A DNA stretch of 64,000 nt from an uncultured Dehalococcoidia bacterium (GTDB lineage Bacteria > Chloroflexota > Dehalococcoidia > Lucifugimonadales > JADFKI01). The notes under the pieces were generated by a model. That model did no database searches, was not told the DNA's origin, and saw nothing but the letters and a program-made list of their open reading frames with translations. Within the stretch, counting starts at the first letter, position 1, and every line of letters begins with the position of its first letter. The DNA lies in assembly GCA_964632415.1 (NCBI GenBank), contig CAZWDM010000002.1, forward strand, positions 3,039 through 67,038. Reading direction: 5' to 3'. This document shows, in pieces, positions 43,708-53,994 of the stretch. Made by a program: the position numbers and the translations under genes.

Positions 43708-44580
43708 GTGTATCTCGCCCGATCAGGATTGACCTCGATCATCGGCTGCAAGCCGATTTATTTCTTGCCCGAAGACCCATTTGTCGAGGAAGTTCTGATA
43801 CCGTGTTTCGCGGCCGCCTCAGACGTCGACTGCATGGTCGGGTTCTTTTCGAGCGAAGCGCTTGTTTCGTTGGCTCCTGGTCTCGCGACCTTCATAAACC
43901 AATCGGATGGCCAATTTCGGTTGATTATCAGCCCAGTCATTAGTGCAGCGGACTGGGAAGCAATTGAAGCAGGTGTTGTGTCGCCCGAAACCGTAGCTGA
44001 GGACTTCCTTGACGGATTGGTGATCACAGAGAACGCAATCCAACGCTTTACGCTAGAGTGCCTCACGTGGATGATCCGAGCAGGTCGAATCAAAATCCAG
44101 ATCGCTTTGGTGAAGAACGGCATTTTCCACCCGAAAGTATGGCTTTTCCACGGCGATGACGGTCTGATGGTAACTGCGCATGGATCAAGCAATCTGACAG
44201 ACGCGGGCATCCGAAAAAACGTCGAGCAAGTCGCCGTGGCGAAATCGTGGGACGCGCTCAACGACGCATACACAGCCAACGCGTTGGATCGGCAGTTCAA
44301 CGATCTTTGGGAGCATTCAACCGATGGATGCATCGTATTGGATTTGCCGGACGCGGTTCGCGAGCGTTTGGTTCAGACATACGATTCCAATTCGCCTCCC
44401 CAAGAATCTGGCTTGAATTCCCCTTTTCAACGCGCTTCGGCGATTCATTCACCTAATGGTGAAGCTGCGCTTCAACCTGATTCGGCGGATTTCGTGATTC
44501 CTGCAGGATTACGCCATCAGGATGGGCCATTTGCGCACCAAGATCAGGCTGCCATACTTGGGAATGCGCGGGTTATGTGA
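43708..44580 (+). pseudogene. Truncated PLD-domain N-terminus of a PLD-helicase type defence protein
   Basis: HKD motif FHPKVWLFHGDDGLMVTAHGSSNLT. The ORF stops just after a helicase Q-motif-like stretch (GPFAHQDQAAI), and no Walker A follows. About 500 nt of non-coding-looking DNA lies downstream. Confidence 0.5.
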
Positions 44581-45066
44581 TCGTCCATCGGTTGGTCACG
44601 AGATCACGTAAGACGATTACCGCCAAGATATGCGCGCACCTTTTGTTGAACGGATAGATCTGTTGTTGATCGTCGTGTCGTCACCTTACAACCCGTTGGT
44701 GCAGCAGTTATGTGATCAGATCTTCCCCTTCAGCATAGACACGTCAAACTTACGGCGGCTAAGGGATATAGAGGAAGGGTCTGGATTCTAGACCCAATAC
44801 AACCGGGAAGAGTCACGTCTCGACCCTTATTTTGGTTCCGATCAGGGAGCACGGCGACTCGAAGATGTTAACTGCCTTTTGAACGCAATTGGATTTTACT
44901 TTCGTAGATCGAGTTGTTTCTTGAACTGCAATTCAGGTACCACAACCCTGGTTGTAAACGTCTGACGACGGTCTAGCATCAACGCCAAGTCGACGTTTTA
45001 TCTCACCAGCGAGTTCGTGTGCCTCGCCGCGCTCGTCGATGAACTGGCGACGGGCGATTTCCAAGG

Positions 45067-45087
45067 AAGCCCAGGCCGCTCGGGCTT
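45067..45087 (-). terminator. Weak hairpin at the end of the ssp-linked operon
   Basis: AAGCCC-N9-GGGCTT overlaps the SNF2 stop codon. There is no U-tract, so this is low confidence. Confidence 0.2.
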
Positions 45088-46819
45088 ATACCTGAGTGCC
45101 GTTGATGTGTTGGCTGCTGACCGGAGTCACCTCCTTAATCACCTCACTAAGCAATATCGCAGAATCCGTCTCGCTCAATTGAGTTCCACTGGCTAGAGCA
45201 TCCACAATGTTGGCGAAATCCTCGCTTTTTCGAGTCAGGATTTGGTCAAGGACCTCTTCTATGGTTTCCTGGCACCTGAACCTATGGACATGAACTATTC
45301 GTTGTTGTCCCAAACGTACCACTCTGTCTCTCGCTTGAGCATTTGCTGACGGGTTCCACCATTCGTTGATGAACACAACATGGTTTGCTTCCGTGAGTGT
45401 CAAGCCCTCTCCGCCTACCCTGCTTGAGCACAGGAGAGCGACGATGTCGATAGCAGACTTGAATTTTCGAATGGCACGGGTCCTCTCCATAGTTGTCAAC
45501 TTGCCCGTCAAGGTTACGGCGCCCAAGGGCGGTCGTTCTCGGGCCATGCGATCTAGGAGGATTTCCAACGGCCGTAATGTGTAAGAGAAGACCACCGCCT
45601 TTTCTCCAGCGTCGTGAACTGTTTGGAGGATCTCCAGAACTCGATCTATCTTTGCGCTCGCACCGCTTGATGGTTCAGCGTCGCAGATGGACCTCAGTAT
45701 CGTTAGTCGTTGAAGCACTTCGCCGGATTCCTTTGCAAGCGGCTGAGAACGAGCCGTAAAATAGGCTCGCTTTTGGCGAGGAGTTAGTTCAACTACTTCT
45801 GTGGTGTCAATCACCTCGGGAAGTTCGTGCAGGACATCGGATTTTAGCCTCCGGAGCAAATATGGCTGCGCCAAGGCTCTAAGGCCTGCGTCAATATCGC
45901 TCGATTTTGCCGAGAATCTGGTTGGTTCCAGTAATGACAAGAGCGTAGCGAGGTCCACGGGATGGCGCTCCATGGGTGTTCCGGTCAACGCCCACATTCT
46001 CTCGGCTTTCATAAGTCGGAATTCGCGAACGAGTTTGGACTGAGATCTTCTGAGCCTATGCGCTTCGTCGGCCACGACCAACTCCACATGCTTAGACATA
46101 AAGGGCGACGGTAGCGGCCTTAGCTGCTCATAACTAGTAACAATGATGTGAACTCTGCCGAGCAATGCGGACCAAACCCTGTCTGATTCGTCTTTGGCCG
46201 GAACTGACCGTACAGCGGTCAGCCGCGGTACCCATCGCTCACATTCAGATTCCCAATTAGCCAGAAGCGATTTGGGACATACAACCACAGCACTCTGAAT
46301 GGCTGCCTCGTCTACGAGCCTCTCTAAGGCCCGAAGGGCTTGGGCAGTCTTGCCGAGGCCCATGTCATCGGCGAGTATGCCATTGCGGTGTTGCATGAGC
46401 CACTGTACACCGACTTCCTGAAATGGGCGCAACGGTGCTCGCACATCGGAATCGAAAACCAAAGGTGCGATGAACTGTTCAACTGAGGGGCGCAGAGCAA
46501 GTGCCTCGTCTGTTGTTTGAAGCCTCGGCACTTGTCGGTGCCGCGGACGCTTGACTTCAAGCCATGCCGTACGTCCACTGCGGACTAACCGCGAAAGGGA
46601 GGTGTCAAGGTCAAGAGCGATGTTGGCTGCTCGACGAAGGCGCACGCCGTCAGTACCTGCAGGAAATGCCTCTTGAGGAACTTCACCATCCAACGGAGCG
46701 ATTTCGATTAGACGTGAACCTCTATTCTCGACTACCTTGACTTCGACCGGGTATCCTCGCCACACGTGTGAAGCAATTGGGCTACGTCGACTACGATTAA
46801 TTTGACTGAGAGGAGACAT
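45086..46819 (-). CDS. SNF2-family helicase, last gene of the ssp operon
   Basis: LADDMGLGKTAQAL (motif I), VVADEAHRLRR (DEAH), VRLGQQRIVHVHR (motif VI). ATG 46819 is preferred. The 668-aa track ORF would overlap the DGQHR gene by about 300 nt. Confidence 0.85.
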   Translation of the reverse strand: MSPLSQINRSRRSPIASHVWRGYPVEVKVVENRGSRLIEIAPLDGEVPQEAFPAGTDGVRLRRAANIALDLDTSLSRLVRSGRTAWLEVKRPRHRQVPRLQTTDEALALRPSVEQFIAPLVFDSDVRAPLRPFQEVGVQWLMQHRNGILADDMGLGKTAQALRALERLVDEAAIQSAVVVCPKSLLANWESECERWVPRLTAVRSVPAKDESDRVWSALLGRVHIIVTSYEQLRPLPSPFMSKHVELVVADEAHRLRRSQSKLVREFRLMKAERMWALTGTPMERHPVDLATLLSLLEPTRFSAKSSDIDAGLRALAQPYLLRRLKSDVLHELPEVIDTTEVVELTPRQKRAYFTARSQPLAKESGEVLQRLTILRSICDAEPSSGASAKIDRVLEILQTVHDAGEKAVVFSYTLRPLEILLDRMARERPPLGAVTLTGKLTTMERTRAIRKFKSAIDIVALLCSSRVGGEGLTLTEANHVVFINEWWNPSANAQARDRVVRLGQQRIVHVHRFRCQETIEEVLDQILTRKSEDFANIVDALASGTQLSETDSAILLSEVIKEVTPVSSQHINGTQV

Positions 46820-48230
46820 GATCTCGCATTTCGCGGACCTTATCCCACAGGCCCGCGGAGCTCTCATCAGGAGGGAGCAGAAGTTGCTCCTCCCATTCGT
46901 TCCGCAGCTCTTGTTCTTCCCGTTCGTTTGTCTGATAATATCCTGTGATCCAACGCAGGACCCGCTTCGCCGTATCGGTTGCCTGTTTTCGGCCTTCACT
47001 CCGCATGGCCCATCTCCTACTGTTGGTCCGGCGGTTGAAGGTCGACACGAGCAACAAGCCTCGCCACGGGAGGTGATGAAGTCCCCAATCAATCCTCCCC
47101 AGCGGACTCAGCGCCGTGACGGCTTGGTCGAGCGTCGGGGCATTGGGATCATCTAGTCCTCTATCGAGCAAGGCCCTAGCCACGCTAACCATCACATCTT
47201 GCCCAATGGGCCAGAAGAGAACGTTATCTGCGGTTTCACCGTCGGCCCCATCAGCTTGGTGATTCCTGACATCGCTGGGATTCAGTGCGAGATCCGGGAT
47301 CGCTTCGCGGAGGGCATCCCAGTAGAGTCTCAACTCGTCGAACAACCCTTCGACGTAGTCATCCGGAGGGCGAAAGCGCTTGAATTGTTTCACATCGTTG
47401 GGCCTCTCTGCCTCCGGGCCTGTGCCCCACCCGATGTTCACTCTGAAAGGGGTTGTTAGCAGAATCTCGTTGAGATCATAGAGCTGCTGAAGGCTCGTGA
47501 AGTGGGAGGTCCCTTCCTTCAGTGGTCTTCCCTTAGTCTGCACTCTAAGCGACTCAATATGACGTCCCGGAGCCATGAAAAAGTCGTGTGTTGCGATGAG
47601 GCGCCGGGTCAGAATTGCAAATACGTCATCTTCGTCCATGATGATGTTGGTATCACTGTCGGTCGGCTTGGCATACCGATTGAGGCTAGAGAACAAACGA
47701 CGATACGACTCGAGCCAATCGTCCTCACTCGACTCAGGCGGGCGGATCACCATTAAAACGGAGATCTCTTCGTTCGCAAATCCACTGGGAGGTTCGATCC
47801 TCTCCCTCTCGTCTTCGGGTTGCAGCAGCGTCTTGATGGCCTTCAACCTGTGTTGGCCGTCTAAAGCATAGTAGTTTTGGTCTCCTGAAAAGCGTAGGAC
47901 GCCGAAGGACTGTTCGATGCTCTCTTCATCTGCGAAGATCTCGAATTGCGGGTCATCTGAAACGCTAACGGGGTAGAACTTGGGCGAGCCTCCAACTGCA
48001 GCCACAACCATGGACGCAAAGAAACGATCTGTCCTTCCTGTCAAGTAAGTCACAATTTCCTTCTTAACTCGACTCTCTCTGATGGTGCGTTGTATAGCCT
48101 CATCAAGCGTGAAGTCCTCGAGGACCTCAGAACCGAACTTTACCTCTGCGGCAACTTCCCGCATCCGCATTTTCACAATGTAGTAAGTCCAGTCTCCCAT
48201 GGATGCCTTAAGGGCTGGGTACAGTTGCAT
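46797..48230 (-). CDS. DGQHR-domain (DndB-like) protein
   Basis: NYYALDGQHRLKAIKTLL is the family-defining DGQHR motif. 477 aa. Confidence 0.85.
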   Translation of the reverse strand: MQLYPALKASMGDWTYYIVKMRMREVAAEVKFGSEVLEDFTLDEAIQRTIRESRVKKEIVTYLTGRTDRFFASMVVAAVGGSPKFYPVSVSDDPQFEIFADEESIEQSFGVLRFSGDQNYYALDGQHRLKAIKTLLQPEDERERIEPPSGFANEEISVLMVIRPPESSEDDWLESYRRLFSSLNRYAKPTDSDTNIIMDEDDVFAILTRRLIATHDFFMAPGRHIESLRVQTKGRPLKEGTSHFTSLQQLYDLNEILLTTPFRVNIGWGTGPEAERPNDVKQFKRFRPPDDYVEGLFDELRLYWDALREAIPDLALNPSDVRNHQADGADGETADNVLFWPIGQDVMVSVARALLDRGLDDPNAPTLDQAVTALSPLGRIDWGLHHLPWRGLLLVSTFNRRTNSRRWAMRSEGRKQATDTAKRVLRWITGYYQTNEREEQELRNEWEEQLLLPPDESSAGLWDKVREMRDHVSSQSN

Positions 48231-48247
48231 AGCGTGAATTTCCTCCT

Positions 48248-48700
48248 CTAGGCGTCAATTGGCGGTCGTAGGGTTCCAGTAATAGTACCGGCGCGCTTGT
48301 TCGCTGGTGGGCCAAAGCACCGGATCAACCAAGCTTCGGCGTCCTTGACAACACCAACCGGTAGCTCAACGAACCAAAATGTCAGCGATACTGTTTGGTA
48401 GCAGCGCTTGGCTCGTCGGAGTTCGGGGTCGTCGGACCTGCAATGGGCAAGGAATCTTGATTGGATGTTGGTCTCTGATCTGCCGACGTACAAAGGACTC
48501 GCCAAATTGTGAAACAATGTAGCCTGGTCTGCCCCGACTGCGTTCGGAGGTGGGGCGCAAATCGCGTACACACCTGGTCGTGTTGGCACCATCGCTTCGT
48601 CGTTAGTCGTGAGAATCGCCGATCTCCATGAGCCGGAGTCGCTTAGCGCCTGCTCCAAGCCTCTCCAGTCAGTCGACTCTATTGACCAGCCTCGGTTCAT
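48248..48700 (-). CDS. GIY-YIG-like nuclease domain protein
   Basis: PGVYAICAPP...PLYVGRSETNIQSRFLAH...AEAWLIRCFGPPANKR fits the GIY...YIG...R...E...N order. Confidence 0.5.
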   Translation of the reverse strand: MNRGWSIESTDWRGLEQALSDSGSWRSAILTTNDEAMVPTRPGVYAICAPPPNAVGADQATLFHNLASPLYVGRSETNIQSRFLAHCRSDDPELRRAKRCYQTVSLTFWFVELPVGVVKDAEAWLIRCFGPPANKRAGTITGTLRPPIDA

Positions 48701-48729
48701 CTGTGCTATAGCCTCGATTCACGAGTCCA

Positions 48730-49566
48730 CTATTTGTGGCACGCCAAACACACCTTAGTTTGACCGTACAGGTCATCGATATCCAATGGTTCGGCGCCGG
48801 GCCTCAGTGGATTAGAGTGCACCTGCTCACGCGTCCGTTGCAACCGACGCCGATGGTCCATCTCAATCTGTGCTACCCGTTCGGGTTCCTCTAGTTCGTT
48901 CAGTGATTCGCCTTCGCTCCAAGTGAAGGGCGCCCCATGGTCAATGGCGTTTTTTTCATAACTCTTAGCTTCTTCAAAGAACTCGGGGTGCCTCTCCTTC
49001 AACCTTACCCATTCGATCTTCTGCTGGAAGAAACAGAACGTACAACCACTTCGGCTACGCCACTCGTAATATGCTGGCAATCCGATGCCGGTTCCGTCAA
49101 GTAACTCCAAGACGCCGGCCTTGTCGATGCCGGCATCTTTGAGGGGTAATCGGACTATCAAACGATCATGCTTAGATGAATAGCCTTCTCGGAATTCTTC
49201 GTCGGCACGTATGGCTACGTAGCTGTACACAGTCCTCCCATCTTCCAGCATCGGCTTAACCCACTGCTCGAACGGCCTGAGTTTGAGCTGACGTGTGCAC
49301 CAACGCGTCTGAGCTGATGGAAGGAAATTGTTGTATCGCTTCAACCAGAAGTCGAAATCTCGGTCCGGGTTGAGGCGGAGGATGGGTTTTCCCAAAAAAC
49401 CCTCCAACTTCACGAGGAATTCGTAAACCTCAGGCAACTCTTTGCCTGTGTCAGTAAAGAAGTAGGTGATATCCAATTCGGGATGGTTCTCACGCATGAA
49501 GATCGCCAGCGCGGCGCTGTCTCGTCCGCCCGACAATCCCAGGACGTGTCGTTCTTTGTCAACCAT
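48730..49566 (-). CDS. sspD: PAPS-reductase-like ATP pyrophosphatase (SspD type)
   Basis: PP-loop LGLSGGRDSAALA. 278 aa. The start codon overlaps the sspC stop. Confidence 0.85.
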   Translation of the reverse strand: MVDKERHVLGLSGGRDSAALAIFMRENHPELDITYFFTDTGKELPEVYEFLVKLEGFLGKPILRLNPDRDFDFWLKRYNNFLPSAQTRWCTRQLKLRPFEQWVKPMLEDGRTVYSYVAIRADEEFREGYSSKHDRLIVRLPLKDAGIDKAGVLELLDGTGIGLPAYYEWRSRSGCTFCFFQQKIEWVRLKERHPEFFEEAKSYEKNAIDHGAPFTWSEGESLNELEEPERVAQIEMDHRRRLQRTREQVHSNPLRPGAEPLDIDDLYGQTKVCLACHK

Positions 49567-52500
49567 CAGGCAACTGAACCTTCGTTGTGGTTACTCGAAG
49601 CAGATCCACGAGCTCCAAGGTACTCGGCGGCGACCCGGGCAAGAGCCGCGAGAATCACATCTTGAGCGTGATCACCGCTTTCATCCAATGTTTGGCGGAC
49701 CTGGCCCATCAGTTCATTGACTTGATCTTGCTGATTGTCGGCGATTTCGAAATCATCATGGATCGGTTCACCGCTCAAACCCACCACCACCGCCATCGCT
49801 TCTCGGCGATCCTGCCGACCTTTGACATGAGCGAACGCCTCTAACCGCGTGAAACGCCTCGCCAAGTCGGCTAGTTCGATGGTCGACCGATCGATATCCG
49901 AATCGACCCATTGATTCGGCGGTTTGTTGGAAGCGAGACTTGCCAAAGATTCCATGTCGGCTTCGGTGCCTTGGAACCGAGAAAGGCGAACCACGAAAGC
50001 CTCTAGCCGGTGATCACCGCTGATTGTTCGGATATTGTCGGCTCGATCTCTGAGTTCGGATAACGCGTCGGAGGATGTGCTGGGGATACCCAATTCAGTT
50101 AGCAATGTTTCCCGCATTCGATTGAGCATTTGGTCATACGCTTCGTCAAGTTCGGCTAAACCTGCCCGTACATGGCGGGTAATTTCGACTACCCCGGTCC
50201 CAGCATGCGGATTGTTGGTAGGCAGTTTTGGGATGTCGTCGAAAATGAACCGATTAGGATCATTGGCTTGCTTGAACAGTTGTCTGATCCTTTTGGCGTT
50301 GTTGGATAGCCTCTGTGTTCGTCCTACCCAATCCGGCAGCCGATCATATATCGCAACTAATCCGCGGGCTACATCAATGGGTTCAAGCTCAGGGAGATCG
50401 TTGGATGGATCCATGTCTCGAACGATCGAGGCCATTTCGGACAGCAGGTCGCGCGAAAAATCTGACAGTTCCATCCAACGGAGTTGAATATCCGATGGAT
50501 CAGACGCCAAGATTTCCACGTCCAGGTCTGTCAACCAGGGTTGGAAGATGCGTTCCCGGTAGAGAGTCGTGTGACTTCGACGTGATTGGATATACGCGGT
50601 CGCCAATACTGGCAACAAACCATCTCGGATACCGAACGGTGGGCGGCGCCAAATATCATAAACCTCCTCGATGGATATAGTCCTTTGTGCATTTGTTCGC
50701 AGAAACTCGTCGGCTGCGTCCCACACCACACCGAGGTTGTTGGAAGAGTCATCGGATTCCGGTGGTACGAACCGCCAACCTTCGTCCGTTTCTCGATATA
50801 GGTTGTTTGGCGCCAAGATGGAATCGAATAGACCACCTTCCGGAGGGTAACCCTCGATCCCCAATCTCTCCTCGCCGACGGAAGTCGCCATGTGACGCAA
50901 CAGAGCATTTCGGGCGCCTACGGCATTCCCTGAAGGTCTGATCCTGTTCAGCAACTCGTTGTGGATTTTTGGTGCACTAGCAAACCTAGCGTCTGCAAGA
51001 TCCGACGCCAAGGAATTTAGTCCCGTCCTGTCGAGGCGTTGTGCAGGCTCATTATGCAAAAACCAAGTTGCGTCATCTAATGCCCGATTTAACTCTCCCT
51101 CTATCCGGCTTTGCAGGTCTGCGATACGTGAAAAAACCTCCGCCCGAGCGACGCGGTCGCCTCGCAATTCCGGTGTTTCATCCCTAACTCGTTCCAGTGC
51201 TGCCAAGTCCCTGAAAAGCGCCGAAATTGACCAGGAATTTCTTTGCGGGATACCCACAACAACGTCGAATGATTCGTTGGTGTTGGCCGTGCGCTTTGCC
51301 GAATTATTGACTTCTTCGGCGTTGTCCCCCTGCATTGGCAATGCCAAAACGAATGCACCTAAAGCGCCGGACGTAGCCGTGTAATCGGGTACGAAATCTT
51401 CCAATGCGTTGAGGTCGACCACTGCTGTATCGAACCACCGCATGGACCCGGTTTCGTGATAATGGCGTTTGGCGACCACGGGTTGAAACCCGGAAAGTTC
51501 GGTGATCTGGGAATAGTCAGGGGCAACTGCGTTTCGGCTCGCATTTTCGATGGCTTTCTCGATGTCGAAATCGCTGCCTTCAAACACGCTGTAAGAATCA
51601 TTGAATCGACGGTGAACGACCAACGACCACTTTTCAAGATCGGCGAAGGTTTCGGCGAGTTCGCCCTCTGATTCGCACGCCCACTCGAGCGTGCGTGGAT
51701 TTGCGGTTAACCCAGTACGTTCCTTGAAGAGTTCAATCAGCCCTACCGCTTTCAAAAGTCGTAGGTGGGCATCCTCGCCTCCTGCGCTATAGCACCTGCC
51801 CAATGCGTCAGCAACCATCGCCCAACGATGACCGTCAGGAGACGCCATGATCGAAGGTTCAAGATTCAATTGAAGGTAGTCCCAGAGCCGGTCGATGGTG
51901 TACACGTCGTCGATGCCAGAGTCTTTCAGGAACTCTTGAAAACCCCTCGGTTCTGATGAATTTAGAAACCCAAATACGCTTCGCTGGTTTTGTCCGAATC
52001 GTCGACGCGAAATTGGGCCAAGCAGCAAAGCTACCATCGGGTGTAGCGGCCAACATGCCTGGAGAGACTGAGTCATTCCGGTTTCGGAGTCTACCCCCAG
52101 GGATTCAGCGATTGTTTTGCATGTTTCGCCAAATCCTTGAGGAACTAGATCGCATTCAATGGCGCGTCCCAAGACATCCAATTGCTCGTCGCCGGTTGAA
52201 TTGACAACCAGATCCACGAAACGCCCCTGAATTTTCGCCCACTCGTCACGGGTTTCGCGGGCCAAACGGTGAGCATGTTCAGCGAACCCTTGATGGAGTA
52301 TTCCGATGAATATCAGTCGACGGTCGCTGCGCGACGCAATTTCGGCGAGTTCCTGGAAAAAGTAGATGTCACTGCCTTCATATGCCGCATGCTCCAAGAA
52401 CTTTCCCATTTCATCCACGATCACCACCAAACCGCCGCGGGATTTGGGATCTTCGGAAGCGAGCTTTGCCAACGTGTCAAGGACGGTACGTTCATCCCAA

Positions 52501-52970
52501 ACACCAACTGAACCAGGAGCAACTAGACCAGAAGACTCCAGCGATTCTCCCAAGACCTTGGCCGGATCACCGCGGCGTCCCACTACGGGCAGCATTAACC
52601 ATCCTCGGCGGCGCGGCGGGAGCGCCTTTGACACAATCGAAGCTGTGTTCTCTCCAAGGGCGTCTCTCGCGATCCGCTTCAGCGAATACTTGGAACTCAA
52701 CAAGGCTCCCAGCATGACAGCGAGACTTGATTTGCCACTGCCGTAAGGCCCTGTCCAAGTGAACGCACCCTGACGGCTCGTCGAGATGTGGTGAGCCATG
52801 TTTTCCAACAGAAACGCTGACGAACGCGGACACACAAAACCTTCTAGCGCCTCTGGTTCGTCCATATCGGAATCGATGCGGATTGACCGTTGAAACCTGC
52901 GCGAAACTCTGACTCGGTCAGCTAAAGCAGTCAAGCGTAAACTCCAGTTCGGTTCGGATGGTAATCCCAT
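49566..52970 (-). CDS. sspC: Large P-loop ATPase (SspC type)
   Basis: Walker A TGPYGSGKSSLAV and Walker B-like LVVIVDEMGKF. 1134 aa. It sits between the DUF4007 and PAPS-reductase genes. The start may be internal (Met36). Confidence 0.75.
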   Translation of the reverse strand: MGLPSEPNWSLRLTALADRVRVSRRFQRSIRIDSDMDEPEALEGFVCPRSSAFLLENMAHHISTSRQGAFTWTGPYGSGKSSLAVMLGALLSSKYSLKRIARDALGENTASIVSKALPPRRRGWLMLPVVGRRGDPAKVLGESLESSGLVAPGSVGVWDERTVLDTLAKLASEDPKSRGGLVVIVDEMGKFLEHAAYEGSDIYFFQELAEIASRSDRRLIFIGILHQGFAEHAHRLARETRDEWAKIQGRFVDLVVNSTGDEQLDVLGRAIECDLVPQGFGETCKTIAESLGVDSETGMTQSLQACWPLHPMVALLLGPISRRRFGQNQRSVFGFLNSSEPRGFQEFLKDSGIDDVYTIDRLWDYLQLNLEPSIMASPDGHRWAMVADALGRCYSAGGEDAHLRLLKAVGLIELFKERTGLTANPRTLEWACESEGELAETFADLEKWSLVVHRRFNDSYSVFEGSDFDIEKAIENASRNAVAPDYSQITELSGFQPVVAKRHYHETGSMRWFDTAVVDLNALEDFVPDYTATSGALGAFVLALPMQGDNAEEVNNSAKRTANTNESFDVVVGIPQRNSWSISALFRDLAALERVRDETPELRGDRVARAEVFSRIADLQSRIEGELNRALDDATWFLHNEPAQRLDRTGLNSLASDLADARFASAPKIHNELLNRIRPSGNAVGARNALLRHMATSVGEERLGIEGYPPEGGLFDSILAPNNLYRETDEGWRFVPPESDDSSNNLGVVWDAADEFLRTNAQRTISIEEVYDIWRRPPFGIRDGLLPVLATAYIQSRRSHTTLYRERIFQPWLTDLDVEILASDPSDIQLRWMELSDFSRDLLSEMASIVRDMDPSNDLPELEPIDVARGLVAIYDRLPDWVGRTQRLSNNAKRIRQLFKQANDPNRFIFDDIPKLPTNNPHAGTGVVEITRHVRAGLAELDEAYDQMLNRMRETLLTELGIPSTSSDALSELRDRADNIRTISGDHRLEAFVVRLSRFQGTEADMESLASLASNKPPNQWVDSDIDRSTIELADLARRFTRLEAFAHVKGRQDRREAMAVVVGLSGEPIHDDFEIADNQQDQVNELMGQVRQTLDESGDHAQDVILAALARVAAEYLGARGSASSNHNEGSVA

Positions 52971-53902
52971 TCAATCAAAGCGAACTGTCGGTCGTCGTCG
53001 ATTGCGTTCCTTCTAACCAATCGCTTCAAACCGGCGGTTTCAGACCAGACGTATTCCCCATTTGTGACGTCTTCCAATCCCGTCAACAAGCCCACCATTT
53101 CGTTTTCTTCGAGCAGAAATACCTGACCTGGCGACCCAGGTTCGTGGACCAAGGCTTCAAACGACAACGTGTTCGAATTGGCAAACGACCGGCGCCAAAA
53201 GTCGGTGACCGCATAGCTGAGCACACCTAAACCCAGCGACGGCTTCGGGCCGCGGACGAACCGGAAACCGTCTTTAGTACCTAAAGATTTAATGAGGCCC
53301 AACTCGGTCAACGGTGATTCCAACCTGTCTTCATGACCTGTGAGCGATGACCGAGTTGTTTGCGGGACATATGTGCGTATCAGGCACGCAACGTCTCGTT
53401 TGATTGTTGCATGCGCTATCCGCGGCCAACGTCGTTCTTCCGCAAATCTAGCGATTGCCCGCGCCAAACCCTCTCTTTCGAAGTCGATTCCGGAGTAATA
53501 GTTGAAGGCCCAAAACCAAGTCGTAGATCGTGCGCCCCAACCCGCGAGCTGCCAATGCACCAACCATGAGGTTGTGATGTTTTCCATATAAGGATCGAGG
53601 CCATTTGACCCAAAAATCATGTTTCCCAAAGTAGTCGTCGTGATCCGGTTGGAACGGCTTCCGTCTTCAATGATGCGCGTAGCGGCCGCCCAATGTCGGA
53701 TCGAAGCCACCATGTTTTTCCCCACTCCCAACCTCGCGATTGCATCAGGACCGGAAAAAACTGACCGATCGCCCTTTCCTGTACCGTCAGTGGCGTATAC
53801 TGCGTCGAACGCTTTCTTCAACCACCCGTATCGTAGCGGAAAAGTTTCGTGCCCCGACAAGCGCGGCTTGAAACTGACAGAGTATGCGGGTCCTCTAGAC
53901 AT
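52931..53902 (-). CDS. sspB: DUF4007-family protein (SspB type)
   Basis: FKPRLSGHETFPLRYGWLKKAF...VGKNMVASIRHWAAATRII is the DUF4007 signature as I remember it. Confidence 0.8.
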   Translation of the reverse strand: MSRGPAYSVSFKPRLSGHETFPLRYGWLKKAFDAVYATDGTGKGDRSVFSGPDAIARLGVGKNMVASIRHWAAATRIIEDGSRSNRITTTTLGNMIFGSNGLDPYMENITTSWLVHWQLAGWGARSTTWFWAFNYYSGIDFEREGLARAIARFAEERRWPRIAHATIKRDVACLIRTYVPQTTRSSLTGHEDRLESPLTELGLIKSLGTKDGFRFVRGPKPSLGLGVLSYAVTDFWRRSFANSNTLSFEALVHEPGSPGQVFLLEENEMVGLLTGLEDVTNGEYVWSETAGLKRLVRRNAIDDDRQFALIEWDYHPNRTGVYA

Positions 53903-53994
53903 TCACACGGTAGCTGGATGACGCGTCCAGTAAGATTAACATATCTCATTAGATGATCCTCGGTCTTCGTCTTCGCAGCCAACATCGAACATCA

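Noticed and set aside
46819-47092. The N-terminal 91 codons of the 668-aa SNF2 track ORF.
   Set aside because: They would overlap the DGQHR gene by about 300 nt. An internal ATG at 46819 gives a normal 23-nt overlap, and the extension is Cys/Arg/Gly-rich.
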